64,000 nucleotides of DNA. Source: Dehalococcoidia bacterium (GTDB taxonomy: Bacteria; Chloroflexota; Dehalococcoidia; Lucifugimonadales; QGNO01). The position numbers were made by a program, and so were the translations under genes. Location: positions 1,105,037-1,169,036 of the forward strand of contig OZ252212.1 in assembly GCA_965248955.1 (NCBI GenBank), written 5' to 3'. The notes beneath the pieces were generated by a model. It was not told the DNA's origin and did not search any database. It worked only from the letters and a program-made list of their open reading frames with translations. Positions 11,116-19,807 of the stretch are shown piece by piece; the stretch's first letter is position 1, and the number at the start of each line of letters is the position of its first letter.

Positions 11116-11553
11116 CTAGATGTAGTACATGCCGCGACTTGCCATCGATTGCTGGCGGCTTGCCAGGTCGGCAATGGTTGTCGTTCCTAGTACGTTGCGA
11201 ACCGTCGACTCCACAGTCTGCCAGACTTCACGTTGAGCACAGGCGCCAGAAAGCGTACACTCAGATGGATGCTCAATGCACACGAGCGGAGCTCCTGTCC
11301 CTTCTAATGTGTCCACCACCATGGCCAGGTTGATTTCACCGGGGTCTCTGGCCAGAGTATGCCCCCCCTGGGGGCCCCTCCGGCTCCGAATCATACCAAA
11401 TTTTTGGAGAACCGATAGGACTTGATCGAGATATGACTCTGGTATGTCCTGCCGACCAGCTATTTCAGCTGTTGGCAATGGCCCGTTTTCGCCGTGCTGA
11501 GCTAGCTCCACCAGGGCCCGTACCCCGTAGTCCACCTTCATTGGCACCCTCAT
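11116..11553 (-). CDS. Rrf2-family transcriptional regulator (IscR/CymR-like)
   Basis: KVDYGVRALVELA N-terminal wHTH. Three Cys (CIEHPSECTLSGAC) suggest a cluster-binding type. The ATG at 11553 is preceded by GGAGG 10 nt upstream. Confidence 0.8.
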   Translation of the reverse strand: MRVPMKVDYGVRALVELAQHGENGPLPTAEIAGRQDIPESYLDQVLSVLQKFGMIRSRRGPQGGHTLARDPGEINLAMVVDTLEGTGAPLVCIEHPSECTLSGACAQREVWQTVESTVRNVLGTTTIADLASRQQSMASRGMYYI

Positions 11554-11717
11554 CTTGTCCGCACCTCCACAGGCTAGCCGTACTGGGGGATTATAGCACG
11601 CAATCTTGAAGGGTCGCAAATTGAATGGTATAGTGCCAGCCTTGGGGGATACAACGTGGACATCCCTGAGGCGCCTGGACAGCGTCTCTAAGCTGTTATA
11701 AGGAGACCATTCAATTC

Positions 11718-12362
11718 ATGACTATCGAGTCGCTTTCCCTGCAAGCAGATCCGCGCAGCGTAAAAGGGAAGAAGGTCAAAGAGCTGAGGCGGCTCGGCTT
11801 GACCCCTATCCACGTATACGGGCGGGGAATAGAGCCCGCCGCTCTCCAGGCCGATACTTCAACCCTCCGCAAGATAGTGGCACGGGCCGGGAGCAACATC
11901 CCCGTCACTGTCAAAGGAGAGGGTGGCTCCCGCTTTGCCTTCATCAGGGAGGTGCAGCGGCACCCCCTAACGGAAGACATCCTCCACGTCGATTTCCTGC
12001 AGGTGCCTCTAACGGAGACCATTCGCTCGGAAGTTCCCGTATATCTCATAGGAGAAGCCCCTGCCGTGCGGCTGATGAACGGCAGGCTCAACCAGGCCTT
12101 AAACTCCCTGCAGGTGGAAAGCTTCCCCCTTGAAGTTCCTCAATTCGTCGAGGTTGACGTATCCTCTCTTGAAGACTTTGAACGCAGCATCTATGTCTCC
12201 GACATAAGCCTTGGCGACAAAGTGACCATCCTCAACGATCCTGAGGAACTCGTGGCTCGCGTCAATACTACGCATGCCGCCGTCGAAGAAGCGGAGATGC
12301 CCGCCGAAGTGGGGCTTGTCGGAGGTGAGCCTGCGGCTGAGTCCGAAGAAGACAGCGGCTGA
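11718..12362 (+). CDS. rplY: 50S ribosomal protein L25 / general stress protein Ctc
   Basis: 214 aa. Has the KGKKVKELRRLGLTPIHVYG L25 motif and an acidic C-terminal tail. Confidence 0.85.
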   Translation: MTIESLSLQADPRSVKGKKVKELRRLGLTPIHVYGRGIEPAALQADTSTLRKIVARAGSNIPVTVKGEGGSRFAFIREVQRHPLTEDILHVDFLQVPLTETIRSEVPVYLIGEAPAVRLMNGRLNQALNSLQVESFPLEVPQFVEVDVSSLEDFERSIYVSDISLGDKVTILNDPEELVARVNTTHAAVEEAEMPAEVGLVGGEPAAESEEDSG

Positions 12363-12395
12363 GCCGCAGCATTTTCTCCTCGCCGCGGAGTCGCC

Positions 12396-13352
12396 TTACT
12401 TCTTTGCCCGGCTACTGAGCACCGCTCCCAGAAAGTGCGGCTGTCCCTTGAGGAACTCTCCCATGGGCTGAGGCTTTCTTCCTTCCAGCTGGACTTCATC
12501 CAGAACCAGCACGCCTTTACCCGTTGCCACTCCCGCCGTGTAGCCTCCGGCTTTGCCGGGTGAAACCACCTGTCCTTTTACAGCGTCAAGAGCATTTTCT
12601 TCGAATGCCCGGCCCCTGATCACCTTGAGCAACCGGCCTTCCCAGTGCGTAAAGCAACCCGGCCAGGGATGGAGCGCACGCAACCGCCTTGCCAGGTACT
12701 CCGCCGGCAGCGACCAGTCAAGATCCCCGTCCTTTCTGCTGTACAGCCTGGTGACGCTCGCCTCGTCTTCGTTCTGCGGCGCGGGCCTGATCTCCCCGGC
12801 CTCCCATGCCGGCAATACCTCTGCAAGCAACTCACCGCCCAATACAAACAGCCTCCGCGTTAGCTGATCCGTCGCCTCTTCAGGGAATACATCTGTCTCC
12901 TTCTGCGCCAGAATGGGGCCCGTATCCATTCCTTCGTCCAGCAACATGACCGTCACCCCCACCTTCGACTCGCCATCTAGGATGGCCTCCGTCACCGGCG
13001 ATGGCCCCCTGTACCTGGGAAGCAACGACGGGTGGACGTTCAACACACCCAAGGGAGGTATTCTCAGCATCTCAGGAGGCAGAATCCTTCCGTAAGCAGC
13101 CACCACCATAGCCTGTGGCTCCAGAGATGCCAGGGTTTCTATGGTCGGCTCCCGGCTCAGACTGCCCGGCTGAACGACCGGTATGCTTTGCTGCTCTGCA
13201 TACACCTTGACCGGGGGAGGGCTAAGCCGGCGGCCTCTACCCGCGGGACGGTCGGGACGGGTGTAGACCGCCGCCACGTCATGCCCGCTGGAGCAAAGCG
13301 CGTCCAGAACGGGCACTGCAAAATCCGGAGTTCCCATAAACACTAGTCTCAT
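12396..13352 (-). CDS. fmt: Methionyl-tRNA formyltransferase
   Basis: Starts MRLVFMGTPDFAVPVL. Contains HPSLLPRYRG. Confidence 0.9.
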   Translation of the reverse strand: MRLVFMGTPDFAVPVLDALCSSGHDVAAVYTRPDRPAGRGRRLSPPPVKVYAEQQSIPVVQPGSLSREPTIETLASLEPQAMVVAAYGRILPPEMLRIPPLGVLNVHPSLLPRYRGPSPVTEAILDGESKVGVTVMLLDEGMDTGPILAQKETDVFPEEATDQLTRRLFVLGGELLAEVLPAWEAGEIRPAPQNEDEASVTRLYSRKDGDLDWSLPAEYLARRLRALHPWPGCFTHWEGRLLKVIRGRAFEENALDAVKGQVVSPGKAGGYTAGVATGKGVLVLDEVQLEGRKPQPMGEFLKGQPHFLGAVLSSRAKK

Positions 13353-13480
13353 AATTGGAGGATACTATAGGTTCCTTGCCCTGACCGTTGCTTGGCTTCA
13401 CGTATCGGAACAGGAAAATATTTTCGGATTTTTGAAGATTCCATACTTGCACTCTCACGTAGTGGGCAATGATATCTTGT

Positions 13481-13507
13481 CGTCCATCGCGTCCATTTCC
13501 ATGGACG
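13481..13507. promoter_or_regulatory. CGTCCAT repeats (two direct plus one inverted; perfect 7-bp palindrome CGTCCAT-TTCC-ATGGACG) just upstream of dnaA
   Basis: Copies at 13481-13487, 13490-13496 and inverted at 13501-13507, 38-64 nt upstream of the dnaA ATG. TCCAT resembles the TCCAC core of the DnaA box. Confidence 0.3.
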
Positions 13508-13544
13508 TTTTTGCCGCCCTTAAATAAAGGCTAAGCTTAATTCT

Positions 13545-14936
13545 ATGACGAATCCTGCTCAAAAACTATGGACCGCCTCTCTGGGACAACTGCAACTTCA
13601 GGTCCCCCGTTCCAGCTATGAGACCTGGTTGAAGGGCACCTTGGGGCTTTCCATAGATGGCGACCTTCTGTCGGTTGGCACCGCCACTACCTTCGCCTCC
13701 GAGTGGTTAGAGAGACGTATGCACCAGGTAATAGAAGACGTGGTTTCGGACGTGGCGGGCAAGCCCACCCGTGTCGCCATTAAGGTTGTTTCTCCACACT
13801 TCGAGAGCGGTCCAGTGGAGGATGGCGCAATGGGCGATCCCATCCTTGTGGAGCCTAGAGTGAACCCACATCCGGCGCCCTCCGGCCCCGTCCGCAACTA
13901 CGGCGGCAACGGACGTTACACCTTCAACAACTTCATCACGGGGGTTTCCAACCATCTTGCCTACGCCGCGGCCCGCGCCGTAGCAGACAAACCAGGGGTC
14001 CAGTACAATCCCCTCTTCATCTACTCAGGAGTCGGACTAGGCAAAACCCACCTTCTGCACGCCATCGCCTCCTCCGTCTCTGAACGTGGCGTCACACCTC
14101 TGTACGTCACCACGGAGCAGTTCACCAACGACTTTGTCCAGTCCATTCGGCAGCGGCGAACGGAGGAATTCCGCGCCAAGTATCGTAGCGCGGAGTTCCT
14201 CCTCCTCGACGACGTCCAGTTCCTTTCTGGCAAGGAGCAGACCCAGGAGGGGTTGTTCCATACCTTCAACGACTTGCACAACGCCAACCGGCAAATTGTA
14301 GTCGCCTGCGATCAACCACCCACTTCGGTCTCACTGCTAGAAGACAGGCTACGCTCCCGGTTCGAGTGGGGCCTCATCGCTGACATTCAAGAGCCTGACC
14401 TGGAAACCCGCGTTGCAATACTGATCCACAAAGCCCAGGCCCAGAACGCCCCTATTACAGAATCGGTGGCTTTTGAAATAGCCAGGCGTGCACCCAACGG
14501 CATCCGGAGCCTGGAAGGTTGCCTCAACCGGATCATCGCGTTGTCCCAGTTCTTTGATTCTCCCATATCAACAGAGCTCATCGATATGGCTCTCTCGGGC
14601 ATGCCGGAAACCAATTCCTGGCAGGAGCTAAGTCCCGACGCCATTCTGGAGTCCGTCTCCCAGTACTACAACGTGCCAACCAAGCTGATTTGCACAAGGA
14701 CGCGAGACCGGAAAACGACGCATCCCCAACGAGTCTCCATGTTCCTCATTGACTCTGCAATCAAGAAGCCCATAAGGGAAATAGCATCTCTTATGGGGAA
14801 TTGGAACCCGAAGACAGTACGTAACTCGATACGTCAAATCAACGAAGCTTTGTTAAAGAACCCTACGCTTGAAAATGAGGTCACGGCCATCAAGAGTGGG
14901 CTTGGATTAGCAACCGATTCCCAGAAGATCCCATAA
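13545..14936 (+). CDS. dnaA: Chromosomal replication initiator protein DnaA
   Basis: 463 aa. Has the N-terminal LW...L...SYETWL motif, Walker A GVGLGKTHLL and a C-terminal DNA-binding domain. Confidence 0.95.
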   Translation: MTNPAQKLWTASLGQLQLQVPRSSYETWLKGTLGLSIDGDLLSVGTATTFASEWLERRMHQVIEDVVSDVAGKPTRVAIKVVSPHFESGPVEDGAMGDPILVEPRVNPHPAPSGPVRNYGGNGRYTFNNFITGVSNHLAYAAARAVADKPGVQYNPLFIYSGVGLGKTHLLHAIASSVSERGVTPLYVTTEQFTNDFVQSIRQRRTEEFRAKYRSAEFLLLDDVQFLSGKEQTQEGLFHTFNDLHNANRQIVVACDQPPTSVSLLEDRLRSRFEWGLIADIQEPDLETRVAILIHKAQAQNAPITESVAFEIARRAPNGIRSLEGCLNRIIALSQFFDSPISTELIDMALSGMPETNSWQELSPDAILESVSQYYNVPTKLICTRTRDRKTTHPQRVSMFLIDSAIKKPIREIASLMGNWNPKTVRNSIRQINEALLKNPTLENEVTAIKSGLGLATDSQKIP

Positions 14937-15037
14937 AGCCCCCTGAGATTCCAATAGGATTCAACTCTCAAGGAACCCCAAACTAGGCTTCGATTCCCTT
15001 ATTTCCCCTGACGAGACCAATGAAACAGATCAGGGCC

Positions 15038-15088
15038 ATTATTATTATTAGATATCTTAAATACTTTAAATTAACATAGGTCTTATTT
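15038..15088. other. Strongly AT-rich tract (candidate DNA-unwinding element of oriC)
   Basis: attattattattagatatcttaaatactttaaattaacataggtcttattt lies immediately downstream of dnaA in an otherwise GC-rich window. It is preceded by three GATTC(C/A) motifs at 14947, 14958 and 14992. Confidence 0.4.
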
Positions 15089-16345
15089 ATGAACGACAAA
15101 ACGACAATAACAGTACTTGGAGGACGAGGTGGACATGGGAGCATAAGTCTCTCCCGTGTCCGTTATCTCCCCTACGGGGGGCCTGATGGAGGTGATGGAG
15201 GGTTCGGATCTGATGTTTTCTTCTTGGGGTCTGCGTCTCTCCATGAGTATGGCCGGAATCTGCCGAGGTTATTTAGGGGTCGGCCTGGGTCGGATGGTCA
15301 AGGCGGGAAGAGGACTGGTGGGTCTGGGGGAGTTTCATATATTGAGGTTCCATTGGGCACGTCCGTCTGGGCGTTGAATGAGAGGCATTTCTTTAGAGGA
15401 GAGTTGCTTCAGCCTGGAGAGGAGTTGCTTGCTGCAGACGGAGGTTCAGGTGGGCGAGGGAATGTTCATTTTGCGTCTTCAACAAATAAGACGCCGCTCA
15501 TAGCTGAGACGGGTGAAGACGGGGAGCAAAGAGAGTACACCCTAGAACTGCAGGTTATTGCGGATGTTGGCTTCATAGGGAAGCCCAATTCTGGGAAATC
15601 GGCGCTCTTGAGATCAATGACCGGCGCAGGGCCTGAGGTGGCAGAGTATCCGTTCACCACTAGAGAGCCTGTCATCGGTGTGGCTGAGCACAACTGGGAT
15701 GCTTTTTCCATCCTTGAGTTGCCCGGTCTCCTTAGCGGGGCCAGCCTGGGCCAAGGCCTAGGCAACAGCTTTCTTCGGCACCTTTGGCGGCCGCGTCTCC
15801 ATGTGTACCTCTTGGACGGACGAAGTGCGGATGTAACCGGCGATCTCAAAGACCTTCGCGACGAGGTTGGTATCCATGACCCAAGCATGCTGGAGCGGCC
15901 ATATCTGGTTGTTGTCAGCGGAACAGACCTCCCAGACGTGGCGCAGGAAATGCCAGCCTTGAGAAAGAGGCTCGCCTCATACGGGGTAGCCCGCTACTTT
16001 GTTTCCAGCCAGTCGGGAGAGGGCATCGATGACCTCAGGGCGGGACTGCATAACCTCCTGGCACAGGTACCCCTGGTGCCCAGACGTCAGCCGGAAGGCC
16101 GTCCTGTGCTGTCCCCTAGGCCAAGAAGAGGGCTGCTCTCTGTCGTAAAGGACGGCGATGCATTTGTGGTATCATCGCCGCCAGCGGAGCGCCTCGTAGT
16201 CCTGCCAGACATGCGGCAGTTCAGAGTAAGGCTCCAACTGAGAGAGGAATTAGGAAGGCTTGGCGTGCTCCGCGTCCTGGAGAAAGCGGGAGTCAAGCAC
16301 GGAGACACGGTGAGAATAGGGAATCGAGAGTTCCAGTGGGAATGA
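15089..16345 (+). CDS. obg: GTPase Obg/CgtA
   Basis: Glycine-rich Obg fold (GGRGGHG..GGPDGGDGG). G1 motif GKPNSGKS. C-terminal OCT-like domain. Confidence 0.9.
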   Translation: MNDKTTITVLGGRGGHGSISLSRVRYLPYGGPDGGDGGFGSDVFFLGSASLHEYGRNLPRLFRGRPGSDGQGGKRTGGSGGVSYIEVPLGTSVWALNERHFFRGELLQPGEELLAADGGSGGRGNVHFASSTNKTPLIAETGEDGEQREYTLELQVIADVGFIGKPNSGKSALLRSMTGAGPEVAEYPFTTREPVIGVAEHNWDAFSILELPGLLSGASLGQGLGNSFLRHLWRPRLHVYLLDGRSADVTGDLKDLRDEVGIHDPSMLERPYLVVVSGTDLPDVAQEMPALRKRLASYGVARYFVSSQSGEGIDDLRAGLHNLLAQVPLVPRRQPEGRPVLSPRPRRGLLSVVKDGDAFVVSSPPAERLVVLPDMRQFRVRLQLREELGRLGVLRVLEKAGVKHGDTVRIGNREFQWE

Positions 16346-16346
16346 A

Positions 16347-16955
16347 ATGCGAATCGGTATACTGGGGGGTACGTTCGACCCCATCCATATAGCGCACCTG
16401 ATAATTGCAGAGGAATCCCGTATGCGCGGCCCGTTGCAAAAGGTGGTGTTCATACCAACGGGACAGCCCTGGCTCAAAAGCGGCAGGCGGATTACGGCAG
16501 GCTCCCTACGGCTGGAGATGGTGCGGCTGGCCGTGGCCAATAACCCCGCCTTTGATTCCTCGGCGATAGAGATTGACAGGCCGGGCCCCACCTACTCTGT
16601 CGATACCCTTGAAGAGCTGGCCGGACAATGGGGATCGGACGTCGATATCAACTTTATCGTCGGCGTTGACTCTCTGTTGAGCCTGCCCCGCTGGAAAGAT
16701 CCCGAGCGGTTTCTTGACCTATGCACGCTTACCGCCGTTACCAGGCCCGGCTACTCGCCTGATGCTCTTGAAGAGGTCAAGCGGCGGTATCCTGCCCTGG
16801 AGCGGAAGCTCGGACTCATTGAAGGGCCGTTGATTGGCATCAGTGGCACGGAGATCAGGCGCAGGGTCGCCTCGGGCCTGTCGGTGAGATATCTCGTACC
16901 GCCCGAGGTAGAGAGGTTTATCACGGAACGGGGACTTTACAAAGACGTAGCTTAA
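16347..16955 (+). CDS. nadD: Nicotinate-nucleotide adenylyltransferase
   Basis: Starts MRIGILGGTFDPIHIAHL. Contains the ISGTEIR motif. Confidence 0.9.
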   Translation: MRIGILGGTFDPIHIAHLIIAEESRMRGPLQKVVFIPTGQPWLKSGRRITAGSLRLEMVRLAVANNPAFDSSAIEIDRPGPTYSVDTLEELAGQWGSDVDINFIVGVDSLLSLPRWKDPERFLDLCTLTAVTRPGYSPDALEEVKRRYPALERKLGLIEGPLIGISGTEIRRRVASGLSVRYLVPPEVERFITERGLYKDVA

Positions 16956-16994
16956 CAATGATCGATCGCTTGCGTTCCGTGCGTAGTGAATGAA

Positions 16995-17023
16995 TTGACC
17001 ATCTTCCGTCGCGCATGTATCCT
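16995..17023 (+). promoter_or_regulatory. Candidate sigma70-type promoter for hotdog module copy 1
   Basis: TTGACC-N17-TATCCT, about 70 nt upstream of the 17094 start. Confidence 0.3.
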
Positions 17024-17093
17024 GCCCTCGTCCCACTGTAAGATAACCATTGACCTGTAAAGACAGAACAGCGAATTCAAGGAGGTAGGTTTT

Positions 17094-18254
17094 ATGGCAG
17101 GAAGCTTGAGTGATTTCATAGAGGACAGCAAAAAGCTGGTCGGAGGGGAAGCGCCGGACGTGGAGCAAGGGGTTAGCGTGGCTGACTGGTCCGCAATCCA
17201 GAAGTTCGGCGCCGCGCTGGGCGACGTGAATCCCCTATACAACAACGCAGCAGGGGGCGTAGGCACCCTGTACAATACGCTGATAGCGCCTCCCAGCTTT
17301 GTTCTTGCTGCACGCACACCAGATTCCGGCGCCGCATACGAGCAAAAGGAGTATGGCCTGCGACGGTTTACCGTCCGTGTCTCTGCCGAGTGGAATGACG
17401 TAATACGGATGGCGGAACGGCTGGCGAGCGATCTGAAGGTGTCCGACGTGCGCAGCGGGCCCACGTGGGGGGACAGGGAGACGGCGGAAGTCGAATCCGT
17501 TGCCACTTACCGGACCATTCACGGAGGCGTAATAGCGACGGCTACGGGCACCGCGGCAATGGTGCCCTACACCCCAGGTGAGCCGCTCATTCAGGACAGG
17601 GACATCTACCAGTACACCGACGACGAGATCCAAAACCTGGAAAGGGACCTGGATGCCATCTTGCCGCACCGCGGCCAGGTGCCCCTGTATTGGAGCGAAG
17701 TAGAGGAGGGCGGTATGCTTCCCACCCTGGTGAAGGGGCCCGTGGAGTACAACTCCATGGAACTCTGGGAAGTTGCGCTGGCGAAGTCCAATACGGCCTC
17801 CTTGGGCCCTGTAGCCCACCGGCAGATACTGGACAGCCCGGGACGCCGAACCGTCAATCCCACCACAGAGTGGCCCTACTGGGACTTGGAGCAGACCTAC
17901 AAGGATCTGTTGTCGGTTAGCGCGTTGGGATTCAAGATGCCGGTGGCCAGAGGGTTGCATCGCTTTGCCTTGACCAGCCAGGTCATCACCAACTGGATGG
18001 GAGACCTGGGCTTTCTGCGCAGCATAAGCTTGGACTTGCCCAACCACTACTGCTATGGTGATACCATGTGGGTCAGCGGCCAGGTGGCCAGGAAGTTTGA
18101 AGAGACCGTTGGAAACGAGAATTACTACGCCGTCGAGGTCAAACTCTCCGGCAACAACCAGCTTGGGCAGACTCTTGTTGACGGCACGGCAGTGGTCTAC
18201 CTCCCTGAGAAGGGATTCCTGGTTGGCCTGCCAGTAGGCAGTCCATGGTGGTAA
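17094..18254 (+). CDS. Double hotdog-fold (FAS1-like N-terminal + MaoC-like) dehydratase/hydratase family protein, subunit A, copy 1
   Basis: 386 aa. Has a GDVNPLYNN motif of the MaoC_dehydrat_N type (Y in place of H). The second half begins LYWSEVEEGGMLP, a typical MaoC domain start. Good RBS (AAGGAGG). Aligns without gaps to the 386-aa paralog at 35314-36474. Confidence 0.7.
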   Translation: MAGSLSDFIEDSKKLVGGEAPDVEQGVSVADWSAIQKFGAALGDVNPLYNNAAGGVGTLYNTLIAPPSFVLAARTPDSGAAYEQKEYGLRRFTVRVSAEWNDVIRMAERLASDLKVSDVRSGPTWGDRETAEVESVATYRTIHGGVIATATGTAAMVPYTPGEPLIQDRDIYQYTDDEIQNLERDLDAILPHRGQVPLYWSEVEEGGMLPTLVKGPVEYNSMELWEVALAKSNTASLGPVAHRQILDSPGRRTVNPTTEWPYWDLEQTYKDLLSVSALGFKMPVARGLHRFALTSQVITNWMGDLGFLRSISLDLPNHYCYGDTMWVSGQVARKFEETVGNENYYAVEVKLSGNNQLGQTLVDGTAVVYLPEKGFLVGLPVGSPWW

Positions 18255-18299
18255 CGTACGCGTGCCGGGGCAATTGAAAAACAGACAAGGAGTGAGGCG

Positions 18300-19676
18300 A
18301 TGACGACAACTGGCGAGACTTTTGAAAGTTTGGTGAACGAGTTTCGTGAGGCGTCAAGGGGAATGATTGGCGAAGAGGTCCATGAAGGCTACCCCCTTGA
18401 TGTTGGCCTGTACCATGGGATGAACCAGCCCTACGACTCTTCTGGACCACCGTTCAAGAGTCCCTGGACTCTTACGGAGAAGGTTGCCAAGGCTTATGCC
18501 GTCCACATTGGGGATGACAATCCCCTCTACACCGACCCCGAGTATGCCAAGAACGGCCCCTACGGCTGTCTCACCACCCCGGGAACGGCGATGATCATGG
18601 CCCGTACCCCCATGTGGCACGGCCCTGAGGAGCTGTGGAGAGATCGGCCCGGCGGTATACCGTTCGCCAATTTCCATTCCGGTACGGCATGGGAATTCTA
18701 CGATGTCCTTCGTGTCGGCACAGGCCTCCGCAGTACCTCTAAGGCTACCGAGGTCATCGAGAAGCCGGGAGCGCAGGGCAACCTCTTCTTCCTCATCACG
18801 GACGTCTTCTACAGGGACATGCGCGGCGACCTCCTTGGCAAGTGCTACGGCACTCTGATCATGATCCCACGTGAAGAGATGGGCACCGGCCGCGCCATGT
18901 CCGTGGAGCGTCTGGGTGAGCGCATGATGTACGAGCGGCAAGCCGGCAAGTACAACCAGGAAAAAGTGGAGGAGCTCATCGACCTCATTGAGAAGGCGCA
19001 GCCCAGGGGCAAGGAGATACTCTACTGGGAGGATGTAAAGGAGGGAGACAAGCTGCCCACCTTCGTTGTGCCGCCTTGGAGCGACCAAGACTGGTCGGTA
19101 ACCGGATTTATCCGCAACGGCGCGGCGCGGTCATACGCTTTTGAGGCCGGCTACAAGGCGCGGAAGTACAAGCTCCTGCCGGGATTCGCCGGGAACCCCT
19201 ATACCCATCCCGTGACCCGCTGGCCATGGGCTCACGGCGAGGAGCACGGCGACGCCCTAATGGCTGCCTACCGCGGCCAGGCTCTGCCCTTTGACTGGGG
19301 CGGCCAGAGGTCGCAGATACCACAGGCCCTGATGAGCAACTGGATGGGCGACCACGGCTTCATCCGCCGCCTCCAGATGGCTCTGCGCCGGCCTATGTAC
19401 TACGGCGACTTGGGCATCTACAACGGAGAGGTGGTCAAGAAGTTCACGGAGGTACAGAAGGGTGAACCCGGCGAGGGCGCCGTGGACGGCGAGCGCACCT
19501 ACCACGCCGTCGGCATCAAGTACGAGGGACGCAACCATGAGGACCAGGTCTTCGTACAGGGCACCTCTGCGGTATACCTGCCCTCGCGTGAAGGCGGCAT
19601 GGTGCAACTACCCGTCCCGCACCTGGCCAAGCCCACAGCCGTCCCCTACGAGACTTTCTACCGCGACTGGTACTAG
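18300..19676 (+). CDS. Double hotdog-fold dehydratase/hydratase family protein, subunit B, copy 1
   Basis: 458 aa. Contains GDDNPLYTD and LYWEDVKEGDKLP motifs. Its C-terminal half is paralogous to subunit A (NWMGDHGFIRRL vs NWMGDLGFLRSI). Confidence 0.7.
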   Translation: MTTTGETFESLVNEFREASRGMIGEEVHEGYPLDVGLYHGMNQPYDSSGPPFKSPWTLTEKVAKAYAVHIGDDNPLYTDPEYAKNGPYGCLTTPGTAMIMARTPMWHGPEELWRDRPGGIPFANFHSGTAWEFYDVLRVGTGLRSTSKATEVIEKPGAQGNLFFLITDVFYRDMRGDLLGKCYGTLIMIPREEMGTGRAMSVERLGERMMYERQAGKYNQEKVEELIDLIEKAQPRGKEILYWEDVKEGDKLPTFVVPPWSDQDWSVTGFIRNGAARSYAFEAGYKARKYKLLPGFAGNPYTHPVTRWPWAHGEEHGDALMAAYRGQALPFDWGGQRSQIPQALMSNWMGDHGFIRRLQMALRRPMYYGDLGIYNGEVVKKFTEVQKGEPGEGAVDGERTYHAVGIKYEGRNHEDQVFVQGTSAVYLPSREGGMVQLPVPHLAKPTAVPYETFYRDWY

Positions 19677-19685
19677 ACCCGTATG

Positions 19686-19729
19686 AAATGAGGAGATGAC
19701 GCTGACTACGGAGCGTCATCTCCTCATTT
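19686..19729 (+). terminator. Perfect 18-bp-stem hairpin downstream of hotdog module copy 1
   Basis: AAATGAGGAGATGACGCT - GACTACGG - AGCGTCATCTCCTCATTT. The T-tract is short (TTT within the stem end). Confidence 0.55.
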
Positions 19730-19807
19730 GGAAGCCTTTGTCCCTAGCCAAGCACTCCGGTGGCCCGGTTGGGAGAAACAGTGATTACAGGTAAAGGTAG
19801 ACCAGCC

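Noticed and set aside
17235-19088. 270-aa and 244-aa minus-strand ORFs inside hotdog module copy 1
   Set aside because: They are antisense to ORFs that are supported by an RBS, recognisable domain motifs and a conserved paralogous copy. Their composition is Gly/Arg/Val-rich junk.
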